Origin: a virus
IMG/VR virus record: IMGVR_UViG_3300025872_000001
Strand: one strand, 5' to 3'
Length of the DNA: 64,000 nt
Part shown: piece after piece, positions 1 through 9,119 of the stretch
Position numbering within the stretch: position 1 is the first letter of the stretch
How the letters are laid out: every line of letters starts with the position of its first letter
Notes under the pieces: model-generated
The model's database searches: none
Told to the model about the DNA's origin: nothing
What the model saw: only the letters and a program-made list of their open reading frames with translations
Position numbers and translations under genes: made by a program

Positions 1-171
1 CGTTTCTTTGGCCTTGAAACCTCTACCGAGGTTATCAATGCTCGTCTTGTAAACTTTGGCCCCTCTCTTATCACTGTAGAGGACCGCAATGCTGGCTGCA
101 ACCGCCGATTCGCCAAGAATCAAGTAAAGGCCGTAACATTCCGAGGGTCAAGATATACAAGTTCGCGATAA
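1..171 (+). CDS. 3' part of a hypothetical protein (truncated by window edge)
   Basis: Frame 1 is open from base 1 to TAA at 169-171 (RFFGLETSTEVINARLV...) and is followed by a terminator. Confidence 0.6.
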   Translation, partial: RFFGLETSTEVINARLVNFGPSLITVEDRNAGCNRRFAKNQVKAVTFRGSRYTSSR

Positions 172-175
172 CAAT

Positions 176-202
176 AACCCCCGAGAAATCGGGGGTTTTT
201 AT
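176..202 (+). terminator. Intrinsic terminator
   Basis: AACCCCCGA-GAAA-TCGGGGGTT hairpin followed by a T-tract. Confidence 0.8.
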
Positions 203-227
203 TAAATATTTGTGTAAATATATCTAT

Positions 228-440
228 ATGCCAATCCCAACTCCCAGAAAGAATCAAGAAGAGGATCAATTTATTGCTTCCTGTATGTCTTCAGAAACTA
301 TGCTGAAAGAATATCCCAATCAAAAACAAAGAGCCGCAATCTGCTATTCGCAATTTAGCCGCAAGAAGAAAAAGAATGAAGGTTCTATGGACGAGACAAA
401 ATGGGATGAAAATGATGTTTCCAAAGTTATTATAGAATAA
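228..440 (+). CDS. Small phage hypothetical protein
   Basis: MPIPTPRKNQEEDQFIASCMS...QRAAICYSQF; ATG at 228 lies 10 nt after a GTGTAA box. Confidence 0.65.
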   Translation: MPIPTPRKNQEEDQFIASCMSSETMLKEYPNQKQRAAICYSQFSRKKKKNEGSMDETKWDENDVSKVIIE

Positions 441-452
441 ATTTAAACTACC

Positions 453-833
453 ATGATCACTTATAGATGGGAATTTCCCGCTTTAGACTGCGCTCCACTT
501 GAGAGTGGATTACCTGATGTAATTAAAACAATTCACTGGAGAATCACTGCCATTGAGCCAAAGAATACAGGAGAACTCGCTAGTGGCGAATCTCCCGAAT
601 ACTATTTCGCTTCGAGCATTGGCACCGTGTCTCTTGATCCTGTAACTGATACAGGAGCTTTCGTTGCATTCGATGCAGTTACTACTGGAATGGCCGCAGA
701 TTGGGTTTCGTCAAAGATCAATGTAACTGGTGAATTTGGCATTCAATCTGGCCTTGCCGCAGAAATTGAGCGTCAAAAGAATCCTCCAATTGTTCGCAAG
801 CAGATTGGCGTTTCTGGCTCCTTCCCTGTTTAA
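453..833 (+). CDS. Phage protein, probably tail-fibre associated
   Basis: MITYRWEF...DVIKTIHWRITA...FVAFDAVT resembles a family common beside tail fibres in aquatic phages. Confidence 0.5.
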   Translation: MITYRWEFPALDCAPLESGLPDVIKTIHWRITAIEPKNTGELASGESPEYYFASSIGTVSLDPVTDTGAFVAFDAVTTGMAADWVSSKINVTGEFGIQSGLAAEIERQKNPPIVRKQIGVSGSFPV

Positions 834-855
834 TATAAATATCTAAATAGACCTT

Positions 856-884
856 AAAGGCGCACAGAAATGTGCGCCTTTTTT
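856..884 (+). terminator. Intrinsic terminator
   Basis: AAAGGCGCACA-GAAA-TGTGCGCCTTT followed by T residues. Confidence 0.85.
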
Positions 885-933
885 GTTTATTTGTGTTTAA
901 TTATAACTGTGGTAGTTTATAATTTTGACTACT

Positions 934-1398
934 ATGCGCCTTAACTTTTATAAACCTAATAGATCAAATACTGGAACTGCATTATCATTTAATGTATCAT
1001 ATAAAGACAAAGATCAAACAAAGGGAGAAGGCCCAGATCTTTATGTCAGTTTTGTAAAACAAGCTGGATGGAATGACGAAACAAAGAAGGGTTCTTTTTC
1101 TGAAAATGCAAAGAATCCAGAAAAGACCGCTGCCTTAAAACTCAATCAGGTTGAGGCGGCATCAATGATTCGGGCCGTTAGACAATCAGCCAAATTTTCT
1201 ACTGTTCATGCTTACCAAGGCTCCACGACTTCAATTATGTTTGGACCTTATGTAAAAAAGAGTGGAGATAACGCCTTTTCATTTTCTATTAAAAAGGGAG
1301 AGCAATCTTTTCTAATTGGATTTGAACTTGGTGAGGCTGAACTTGTCGCTCAATATCTAGAGAACTATCTTCGTAAAAGCTTTGAAGTTTCCGAATGA
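934..1398 (+). CDS. Whirly/PC4-like single-stranded DNA-binding protein (putative)
   Basis: Two beta4-alpha repeats ending LKLNQVEAASMI and IGFELGEAELVAQYL; N-terminal FYK...ALSF; start placed at ATG 934. Confidence 0.45.
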   Translation: MRLNFYKPNRSNTGTALSFNVSYKDKDQTKGEGPDLYVSFVKQAGWNDETKKGSFSENAKNPEKTAALKLNQVEAASMIRAVRQSAKFSTVHAYQGSTTSIMFGPYVKKSGDNAFSFSIKKGEQSFLIGFELGEAELVAQYLENYLRKSFEVSE

Positions 1399-3296
1399 AA
1401 AAAACTGTAGTATTCCACAGTAATCACAGCCGAATTTTTACAGGTTTCGGCAAGAACATGAAAAATGTTCTTAGATATCTTTATAAGACTGGTAAATACA
1501 ATCTTATTGAATTTGCTAATACAAAATCAAAAGATGCGCCAGAATTAAAAACATTACCTTGGAAAGCTGTAGGAACGCTACCAGATTCAAATAAACTTCA
1601 AGAAATTGCGTCAGATCAATCTAAATTAAGGATAGCTACATATGGACTTAACGAAATAGATTCTCTGATCAAAGAATTCAAGCCAGACTTTTATATTGGA
1701 ATAGAAGATATTTGGGCCTTGTCGCCATTAGTTGAAAAGAAATGGTGGAATGATAATTGTATGATTTGGACAACTCTTGATTCAGTACCACTTTATACAG
1801 ATGCAGTAAAGATTATTCCAAAGGTTAAAAATTATTATGCTTGGGCTTCTTTCGCTGGTAAAGAAGCAGAGCGCCTTGGATATCCTAAAGGCTCCATTAA
1901 AACATTAAGAGGAGCCACAGAAACTTCCTCGTTTTATAGATTAAGCGATGAAGATCGCCTTTCTCTTAGAAAAGAATTTGGTCTTTCTGATGAATTTATT
2001 ATTGGGTTTGTTTTCAGAAACCAATTGAGAAAAAGCGTTCCTAATCTTTTACAGGGATTCAAATTATTTAAAGAAAAGAATCCTAAATCAAAAGCTAAAC
2101 TTTTATTGCACACTCACTGGGCCGAAGGCTGGGATATCCAGAAACTTATCAAAGATAATGAATTAAAAAATGAAGATATTTTAACCACATATTTTTGTAA
2201 AAAGTGCAAACAGTTTGAAGTTAAACCCTTTGAGGGTCAAAAGATTAGCTGCAAATTTTGTGGCGGCAAAGATACTGTAGAAACAACAAATATCACAAAT
2301 GGAGTAAGCGAGGCCCAACTTAATGAAGTTTACAATCTAATGGATGTATATTGCCATCCATTTACAAGTGGTGGGCAAGAAATTCCCGTTACAGAAGCTA
2401 AACTAACCGAATTGATTACTCTTGTTACTAATTATTCGTGTGGAGAAGACTTTTGCACAGAAGAAAGCGGAGGTATGCCTTTGAGTTGGAAACCTTATTA
2501 CGAACCTGGCACTAACTTTATAAAAGCTACCACCTTACCCGAATCTATTTGTGAAAAGATTGAACGAGTCTATAAGATGTCTTTTTCAAAAAGAAAAGAA
2601 ATGGGCAAAGTAGCCAGACAATTTGTGCTGGATAATCTTTCCGCTGAAGTTATCGGAAAGAAGTTAGAAGAAATAATTGATAATGCTCCACAAGTAGAAT
2701 GGAATTATAACTCTGATTTTGTACAACGTAATCCAAATTATAATCCTCCCGATATAGAATCAGACTCAGATTGGCTGATCAATATCTATAAAAATATTTT
2801 GCAAATGAATGTTGATGCTAATGACGATGGAGTAAAAAGCTGGATAAGTCAAATTAAAAGCGGCAGAACTAGAGATCAAGTTTTAGAATACTTTAGAAAA
2901 GTAGCGGCAAAAGAAAATAATGAAAATGCTAAAACAGAGTTCTCTGATTTACTTGACAAAGACGACAAGGGCAGAAGAATATTGTTTGTGATGCCTCAGA
3001 GCGCGGGAGATGTTTTTATGTCAACTTCTCTTTTACCATCTATTAAAAATCTGTATCCAGACTACAATATTTATTTTGCCACTAAACAAGAGTATTTAGA
3101 TATACTTGACTGCAATCCATTTATTCACAAAAAACTTATTTTTAATTCTTTTATGGAAAATCTTTTGACAATGGAAGGACATGCAAATGGAGATGGTTAT
3201 TTTGATATTGCCTTTTTGCCGTATATAGGTACGCAAAAAGTTTTTGATTATCAACATAACGGCAAAGACAAATTACAATTTAATACCAAGAACTAA
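1395..3296 (+). CDS. Multidomain glycosyltransferase (GT4-like, Zn ribbon, DUF4214-like, GT9 N-terminal-like)
   Basis: TGFGK; GFVFRNQLRKSVP; LNEVYNLMDVYCHPFTSGGQEIPVTEA; CKKC..CKFC insert; C-terminal QSAGDVFMSTSLLPSIKNLYP. Confidence 0.8.
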   Translation: MKKTVVFHSNHSRIFTGFGKNMKNVLRYLYKTGKYNLIEFANTKSKDAPELKTLPWKAVGTLPDSNKLQEIASDQSKLRIATYGLNEIDSLIKEFKPDFYIGIEDIWALSPLVEKKWWNDNCMIWTTLDSVPLYTDAVKIIPKVKNYYAWASFAGKEAERLGYPKGSIKTLRGATETSSFYRLSDEDRLSLRKEFGLSDEFIIGFVFRNQLRKSVPNLLQGFKLFKEKNPKSKAKLLLHTHWAEGWDIQKLIKDNELKNEDILTTYFCKKCKQFEVKPFEGQKISCKFCGGKDTVETTNITNGVSEAQLNEVYNLMDVYCHPFTSGGQEIPVTEAKLTELITLVTNYSCGEDFCTEESGGMPLSWKPYYEPGTNFIKATTLPESICEKIERVYKMSFSKRKEMGKVARQFVLDNLSAEVIGKKLEEIIDNAPQVEWNYNSDFVQRNPNYNPPDIESDSDWLINIYKNILQMNVDANDDGVKSWISQIKSGRTRDQVLEYFRKVAAKENNENAKTEFSDLLDKDDKGRRILFVMPQSAGDVFMSTSLLPSIKNLYPDYNIYFATKQEYLDILDCNPFIHKKLIFNSFMENLLTMEGHANGDGYFDIAFLPYIGTQKVFDYQHNGKDKLQFNTKN

Positions 3297-3297
3297 T

Positions 3298-4494
3298 ATG
3301 CACTTACTTGATCGTTACGCATTGTCATGCGGAGTTAAAATTGATACTCCGTTTATTTTAGAGCATTATTATCCAATAACCTTAGACAAATATGTTGCAT
3401 TTCAAACCAGTGGTAAAGGAAACTCTAGACAGTATGATTATTGGGGGAAAGTATTTTCTTTTATTAAAGAATATGCTCCAGAATATAAAATAGTTCATGT
3501 CGGTGTAACTTCTGATCAATCTGTTGCAGGTGTAGACCTTGATTTGAGAGGAAAGACAAACATAAAGCAGTTAGCTTATATTATTAAAAATTCCTCTCTT
3601 TATCTTGGAATTGACAGTCTCTCTACTCATTTAGCCGGTTATTATGACAAGAAAATTGTAGCTTTGTATTCTTATTGTTATGCTCAGAACTGTGCTCCCG
3701 TTTGGGGGAAAGAAGAAAATAAATCTTTAATAGAAGTTGATTGGGCAAAACATGGTAAGCCGTCTTTTTCTCTGAAAGAAGACAAGAAAAAAATAAATAC
3801 AATCATGCCAGAAACCATTGCTAAGTCTGCGCTGGATAAACTTGGAATTGCAAACCAGTTGGACAAAGTTAAAACTTTACATATTGGTAACAGTTATCAT
3901 ACTCCCGTTATCGAACTAATTCCAAATGGTGGGCCATTACCAGCAGTAATTAAAGATAAAATCTGCAACGTAAGAATGGACTTGTTCTTTAATGAAAAAA
4001 TTCTTTCCGGTTTAGCTTCTATTTGCAGTTTAAATATTATTACTGACCAAGAAGTCTCTCTTGAGATTTTAAATAAAATTAAATCAAAGATCGCCGCTTT
4101 GACGATTGTAGCTTCAGATAAAATCTCAATCAAATATCTTGAAGAAGCAAAAACTCTTGGAATTAAAATAATTTTAATTGCCGACGATAACAACGAGTGG
4201 GGAAGATTAGCCGAAAAATTCTTTGATTTTGGTCTTGACAAAGAAGATAAATTTGGTAAAAAGGATATAGAAAACTCAGATCAGATAAACGAACAATGTA
4301 TCTTTTCCTCCGAAAAGATTATTGTTTCGGATGGAAAAGTCTATGCTTCAAAATTATCATGGAAAAATGATCAGCCAAAGCTTGACAGATATTCAAAAGT
4401 AGTAGATGATCCAGACTTCTGGGAAGAGGCAGAACACTTCTATATTCTTAAAGATGAGCGAAACAACAAAAACTATCAGACCAACAGTTCGTGA
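3298..4494 (+). CDS. GT9 (heptosyltransferase-like) C-terminal domain protein
   Basis: DLRGKTNIKQLAYIIKNSSLYLGIDSLSTHLA is the GT9 C-terminal signature; ATG at 3298. Confidence 0.7.
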   Translation: MHLLDRYALSCGVKIDTPFILEHYYPITLDKYVAFQTSGKGNSRQYDYWGKVFSFIKEYAPEYKIVHVGVTSDQSVAGVDLDLRGKTNIKQLAYIIKNSSLYLGIDSLSTHLAGYYDKKIVALYSYCYAQNCAPVWGKEENKSLIEVDWAKHGKPSFSLKEDKKKINTIMPETIAKSALDKLGIANQLDKVKTLHIGNSYHTPVIELIPNGGPLPAVIKDKICNVRMDLFFNEKILSGLASICSLNIITDQEVSLEILNKIKSKIAALTIVASDKISIKYLEEAKTLGIKIILIADDNNEWGRLAEKFFDFGLDKEDKFGKKDIENSDQINEQCIFSSEKIIVSDGKVYASKLSWKNDQPKLDRYSKVVDDPDFWEEAEHFYILKDERNNKNYQTNSS

Positions 4495-5218
4495 TGAGCG
4501 CGGACTTCTCAACGGAGTAAATTACATCTTCAATAAAGATGGCACTATCAATTGGCGCGCAATGGTCAATCCAGCGCATCTTTACCCAAATAAGGATTGG
4601 TTTAATCGCAGAAATCAAGCTATCCCAGAGACTGCGGATGGACTACGCGACGAACAACTTTTAATTAAGTTGGGCGGCATCAAGGAGGTTGCAAAACTTC
4701 GCGGTTACTCCCGCGTCCACTTTCAGTTTCCAAAACTTGAAAGAGATTATGTTGTTGCTACATGCACAATTGATTGGATCAGTAGTTTTGAAACAAATGT
4801 TAATTCAACTGAAGATGAATGGAATGCTATTTCGTCTATGGATGTCGCAAATGCGACTTCTGAAAATACAGATGGCTTTGGCCAAAAGTTTCTTGAGACT
4901 ATCGCGGCCAATCGCGCATTTGTTCGTACAGTAAGAAATTATCTTGGCATCCATATCGTAGGCGAGGATGAAATCGCCAAAGGTAATGGCGCAAAGGCTG
5001 CCGCCTCGGCGGTAGATGGATCTGCCGATGTTTCTCCGCAAGGTATTCTTTCCAAGAAGTTTGCAGAAAATATTGGGGGCGAATTCTCTGATTTCAAAGT
5101 TTGGCTCCGTGAACTTTGGAAGTCTGAGTCTTATCGAAATGAAGAAGCGGCTAATTGGAAAGTCTGGTCTGATATTCCAGCCAAGGAAGCTCGCGCTCTG
5201 CTAAAGTTCATCAAGTAA
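4454..5218 (+). CDS. Putative single-strand annealing protein (Rad52/Sak-like)
   Basis: VVATCTIDW...ANAT...FLETIAANRAFVRTVRNYLGI..VGEDEI resembles the SSAP C-terminal helix motif. Confidence 0.45.
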   Translation: MSETTKTIRPTVRDERGLLNGVNYIFNKDGTINWRAMVNPAHLYPNKDWFNRRNQAIPETADGLRDEQLLIKLGGIKEVAKLRGYSRVHFQFPKLERDYVVATCTIDWISSFETNVNSTEDEWNAISSMDVANATSENTDGFGQKFLETIAANRAFVRTVRNYLGIHIVGEDEIAKGNGAKAAASAVDGSADVSPQGILSKKFAENIGGEFSDFKVWLRELWKSESYRNEEAANWKVWSDIPAKEARALLKFIK

Positions 5219-5688
5219 TGGTCAAGAGAATCTTAGATATCAAAGAACTCCGCTCCATCTTAACTGAGATGGAGCAGGGTGATTTGCTTAAAAAAGTTTT
5301 AAGCAAGCAGCGTCATATTGCTGGCGACTGGAATATCGATCATCTCAAGGATCAGATTTATCAGATTCTTCTGTCTTTTAAAGAGAATGCCGTTATATTT
5401 GTTTATTTTCAAAATGACAAGCCGGTTTCTATTTTTGTTGGTATTGTTACCCAAGATTGGGCTTGCGGCAAGATGGGCCTAAATGAAATTATTTGGGTTT
5501 CGGTTGGCAGGTCTAGGATAGGTGGCTTCAAAGTTATTGAGGCCGTTGAGCAGCATATTGTGGCAAAAGGTATTGACTTTTTGTCATGCCAGTATATGTG
5601 TAATGGCGGTGATCCAAGAGTCCAAATGTTTTATATGAACAGCGGATTTAATTTGGATACACTAACTTTTGTTAAGCGATACAAATAA
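5218..5688 (+). CDS. GNAT-fold acetyltransferase-like protein
   Basis: EIIWVS..RSRIGGFKVI...MFYMNSGF motif pattern. Confidence 0.55.
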   Translation: MVKRILDIKELRSILTEMEQGDLLKKVLSKQRHIAGDWNIDHLKDQIYQILLSFKENAVIFVYFQNDKPVSIFVGIVTQDWACGKMGLNEIIWVSVGRSRIGGFKVIEAVEQHIVAKGIDFLSCQYMCNGGDPRVQMFYMNSGFNLDTLTFVKRYK

Positions 5689-5760
5689 TTCTAGCGCCAA
5701 ATTTTCTTTTTGGGCTAATGATGGTTTTCATGTAAAACCATTTACCACTTTTTACTTTTT

Positions 5761-8061
5761 ATGAAAAAACTAATGACAGTAAAGAAGAGAAGCGGAGAAA
5801 TTGAGAAATTCGACGCTGACAAGATCAATAAAGTTTTAGAATGGGCTTGCACTGGCATTCACGACACCTCTTTCGAGGAAGTCGCGATGAACGCGAACCT
5901 TTCTTTCTTTGATGGAATATCTTCCAAAGATATTCACAATACATTGATTGAGGCTGCGGCTGGATTGATCTCTGAAGAAAAGCCTCAGTATCAATATGTT
6001 GCTTCTCGTCTTTTAAATTATCAGTTGCGTAAAGAAGTTTGGGGCGGCAAGAATGCTCCAAAACTTATTGATTTCGTAAAAGATAATATTAAAAATAAAG
6101 TCTATGATCCCGCCATTCTTGAGTGGTATGATGAGCGGGAGTTTCATAAGTTTGACGAGTGTCTTCGTCATGATCGTGATTTTAATTTTACATACGCTGG
6201 AATTAAGCAACTTTGCGAGAAGTATCTGGTTCAGAACAGAACTACCAAGAAGCTCTACGAAACCCCGCAATTTGCTTATATGCTGATTGCAATGACCTTG
6301 TTTAAGGATTATAAGGGAGAGCGTACCAACTACATCAAGAAGGCTTATAATTATTTTAGTCAACACAAGATTAATCTGCCTACACCTATCATGGCAGGGG
6401 TAAGAACTACTCTAAAGTCTTATGCTTCTTGCGCTTTGTTTACTGTAGACGATTCTCTTGACTCTATCTTTGCGAACAATAGTGCCATTGGATTTGCTAC
6501 CGCAAACCGTTATGGTATCGGTATTAATGCAAGTCGCCTTCGCGCCGTCAATGCTCCCGTTAAGGGCGGCATGGTTAGCCATACTGGCCCAGTTCCATTC
6601 CTTAAGATGTTTGAGTCTACCGTAAAGTCTTGCCATCAAAACGGCATTCGCGGTGGATCTGCAACAGTAAACATGGCTTGGTTCCATCATGATATCGAAG
6701 ACATTCTTGTATTAAAAAATAATGCTGGCACAGACGACAACCGTGTTCGCAAGCTCGACTATTGCATTGGATTTGATCGCACATTCTATGATCGTCTAGT
6801 TAAGAACGAAAGCATCACTCTGTTTTCTTATCATGAAGTTCCAGAACTTTGGAACAGCTTTGGTATGCCAGAATTCAAGGAGCTTTATGAAGCGGCAGAA
6901 AAAAACAAAAATCTTAAATTTAAAAAGACAATTAATGCCCGTGATCTTTTCTTCTTATTCTCTAAAGAGCGCGTAGAGACTGGTCGCATTTATTTGATGA
7001 ATGTTGACCATGCTAACTCGCATGGCTCTTGGAACGCTCAAGTAGACACTAGCAATTTATGCCTTGAGGTCAATCATCCCCTCAAGCCAATCAAGGACTT
7101 AAACGACCCCAACGGAGAAATCGGCGTTTGTATTTTGTCTGCCGTTAATCTCCTTGAGGTTGTGAAAGACGAGATGGAACCTGTATGCGAAATTATTGTT
7201 CGTATGCTTGATGCTCTGATCGATCATCAAAACTATTTCGTTCCTGCTGCTGCAAACTTTGCAAAGAATCGCCGCAGTCTTGGAGTTGGCGTTACTAATC
7301 TTGCTGGCTACCTTGCTAACATTGGAGTCAAGTATACCGACAAGAATGCCGCCAACAAAGCTGCTGCTATCATGGAGCTTGTGAGCTATAATCTCATTAA
7401 GGCTTCAGTTAAGATGGCTCAAGAGAAGGGGCCATGCGCCTTATTCTCTGAAACAAAGTTCTCAAAAGCCATTCTGCCAATCGATACTTATTGCAAGAAT
7501 ATTGATGAGTTTGTTACTGAGAAGCTGCATTGCGATTGGGAAGAACTTAGAAAGCAAATTAAAGCTCATGGTATGCGTCATAGCACCTTGACTGCTTTGA
7601 TGCCTGTTGAGTCTAGCTCTGTCATTCAGTCATCGACAAATGGCATTGAACCTCCTCGCTCCTTGATTTCTTATAAGCGTTCAAAGGCTGGAGTTATTCC
7701 TGTTGTTGTTCCTCACATCAAAAATAACAAGGATAATTATACCCTAGCATTTGAAATGCCCAACAATCAGGGGTATTTGAAGGTAGTTGCCGCTCTCCAG
7801 AAGTTTGTTGACATGAGCATCTCAACTAATCTTTATTATAATGCGACTCGTTATGCAAACAAAATCCCAAGTCAAGGAGAACTTGTCGGTGACTTAATGC
7901 TGGCTTATAAGTATGGAATTAAAAATCTTTACTACACAAATACATTTGACGGCGACACGCAGACCGCATTACATACGAAGCAGGAAGTTAAACAAGAAGT
8001 AAAAACTGAAGAACCGCAAGACGACACCCAAGGCTGCGCGGGTGGAGCTTGCACCCTATAA
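5761..8061 (+). CDS. nrdA: Ribonucleoside-diphosphate reductase class Ia alpha subunit
   Basis: N-terminal ATP cone (VKKRSG), PTPIMAG, QNGIRGGSAT, SNLCLE, TNGIEP, C-terminal CAGGACTL. Confidence 0.97.
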   Translation: MKKLMTVKKRSGEIEKFDADKINKVLEWACTGIHDTSFEEVAMNANLSFFDGISSKDIHNTLIEAAAGLISEEKPQYQYVASRLLNYQLRKEVWGGKNAPKLIDFVKDNIKNKVYDPAILEWYDEREFHKFDECLRHDRDFNFTYAGIKQLCEKYLVQNRTTKKLYETPQFAYMLIAMTLFKDYKGERTNYIKKAYNYFSQHKINLPTPIMAGVRTTLKSYASCALFTVDDSLDSIFANNSAIGFATANRYGIGINASRLRAVNAPVKGGMVSHTGPVPFLKMFESTVKSCHQNGIRGGSATVNMAWFHHDIEDILVLKNNAGTDDNRVRKLDYCIGFDRTFYDRLVKNESITLFSYHEVPELWNSFGMPEFKELYEAAEKNKNLKFKKTINARDLFFLFSKERVETGRIYLMNVDHANSHGSWNAQVDTSNLCLEVNHPLKPIKDLNDPNGEIGVCILSAVNLLEVVKDEMEPVCEIIVRMLDALIDHQNYFVPAAANFAKNRRSLGVGVTNLAGYLANIGVKYTDKNAANKAAAIMELVSYNLIKASVKMAQEKGPCALFSETKFSKAILPIDTYCKNIDEFVTEKLHCDWEELRKQIKAHGMRHSTLTALMPVESSSVIQSSTNGIEPPRSLISYKRSKAGVIPVVVPHIKNNKDNYTLAFEMPNNQGYLKVVAALQKFVDMSISTNLYYNATRYANKIPSQGELVGDLMLAYKYGIKNLYYTNTFDGDTQTALHTKQEVKQEVKTEEPQDDTQGCAGGACTL

Positions 8062-8063
8062 AA

Positions 8064-9119
8064 ATGAAAACTGTACTCAACACTGTAAACGTCGATTCTC
8101 TTAAGCAACCGCTCTTTCTTGGTGAAGACTTGGCGATTCAGAGATATGATCGCCTAAAGTATCCTAAGTTCTATGATCTTTATGATCAACAGATTAATTT
8201 CTTCTGGCGACCACAAGAAGTTAATCTGACAAAGGATGCGGCTGATTATAAGAATCTATCTCCAGAAGAGAAGTTCGTTTTCGATAGCAATCTTCGGTTT
8301 CAAACAATGACAGATTCGATGCTCTCCCGTAGCATTAACTCTCTTTCTGATTATGTCAGCAATCCAGAACTTGAGATCTGCATGAATGTTTGGTCATTCT
8401 TTGAAACTATTCATAGCAATAGTTATACATACATCTTGCAGAATGTTCATCCTGACGCCACAAAGTTCTTCGACTCTATTTTGGATGACAAGGAGATTGT
8501 CAAGAGGGCGCAGTTTATCTCCAACAAATACGACGCCTTGCTTAATACTAAGAGTAATGATCCAAGGCAGCAAATCTTTGATGCGCTTCTTTCTACTCAG
8601 ATCACTGAAGGCGTAACGTTTTATGTTTCTTTTGCTTGTTCGTTCTACTTTGGATATCGTGGAAAGATGGAAGGGAATGCTAAAATTATTAATTTAATTT
8701 CGCGTGACGAAAACCTTCACGTTGCAATTACTCAGAACATCATGAAGATTCTCCGCGATCAACCAAAGGAAGGCTTCCAAGATATCTTTAAGAAGAATGA
8801 AGATCGCATCTATGAGGCTTATCGCATGGCTGTAGATGCAGAAAAAGATTGGGCCGATTATTTATTCTCAAAAGGTAGTTTGATAGGTCTTACCGCTGAT
8901 TCGCTCAAGCATTATGTCGAGTGGCTTGCCGATAATCGTCTTACTTCTATGGGATATAAGAAGCTATACAACGCAAAGGGCAATCCTATTGCTGGATGGT
9001 TAGACAGCTTCTATGATAGCAAGAAGATTCAAGTTGCCCCACAGGAGACTGAGATTTCTTCTTACGTTAAAGGCGTAGATAGCAAGATTGACGAATCAGT
9101 GTTTGATATTAAATTCTAA
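8064..9119 (+). CDS. nrdB: Ribonucleoside-diphosphate reductase class Ia beta subunit
   Basis: FFWRPQEV, ETIHSNSY, EGVTFYVSFACSF, RDENLH, VAPQETEISSY. Confidence 0.97.
   Translation: MKTVLNTVNVDSLKQPLFLGEDLAIQRYDRLKYPKFYDLYDQQINFFWRPQEVNLTKDAADYKNLSPEEKFVFDSNLRFQTMTDSMLSRSINSLSDYVSNPELEICMNVWSFFETIHSNSYTYILQNVHPDATKFFDSILDDKEIVKRAQFISNKYDALLNTKSNDPRQQIFDALLSTQITEGVTFYVSFACSFYFGYRGKMEGNAKIINLISRDENLHVAITQNIMKILRDQPKEGFQDIFKKNEDRIYEAYRMAVDAEKDWADYLFSKGSLIGLTADSLKHYVEWLADNRLTSMGYKKLYNAKGNPIAGWLDSFYDSKKIQVAPQETEISSYVKGVDSKIDESVFDIKF

Noticed and set aside
5761-9119. Introns or inteins in nrdA/nrdB
   Set aside because: Both ORFs are of ordinary length with contiguous motifs
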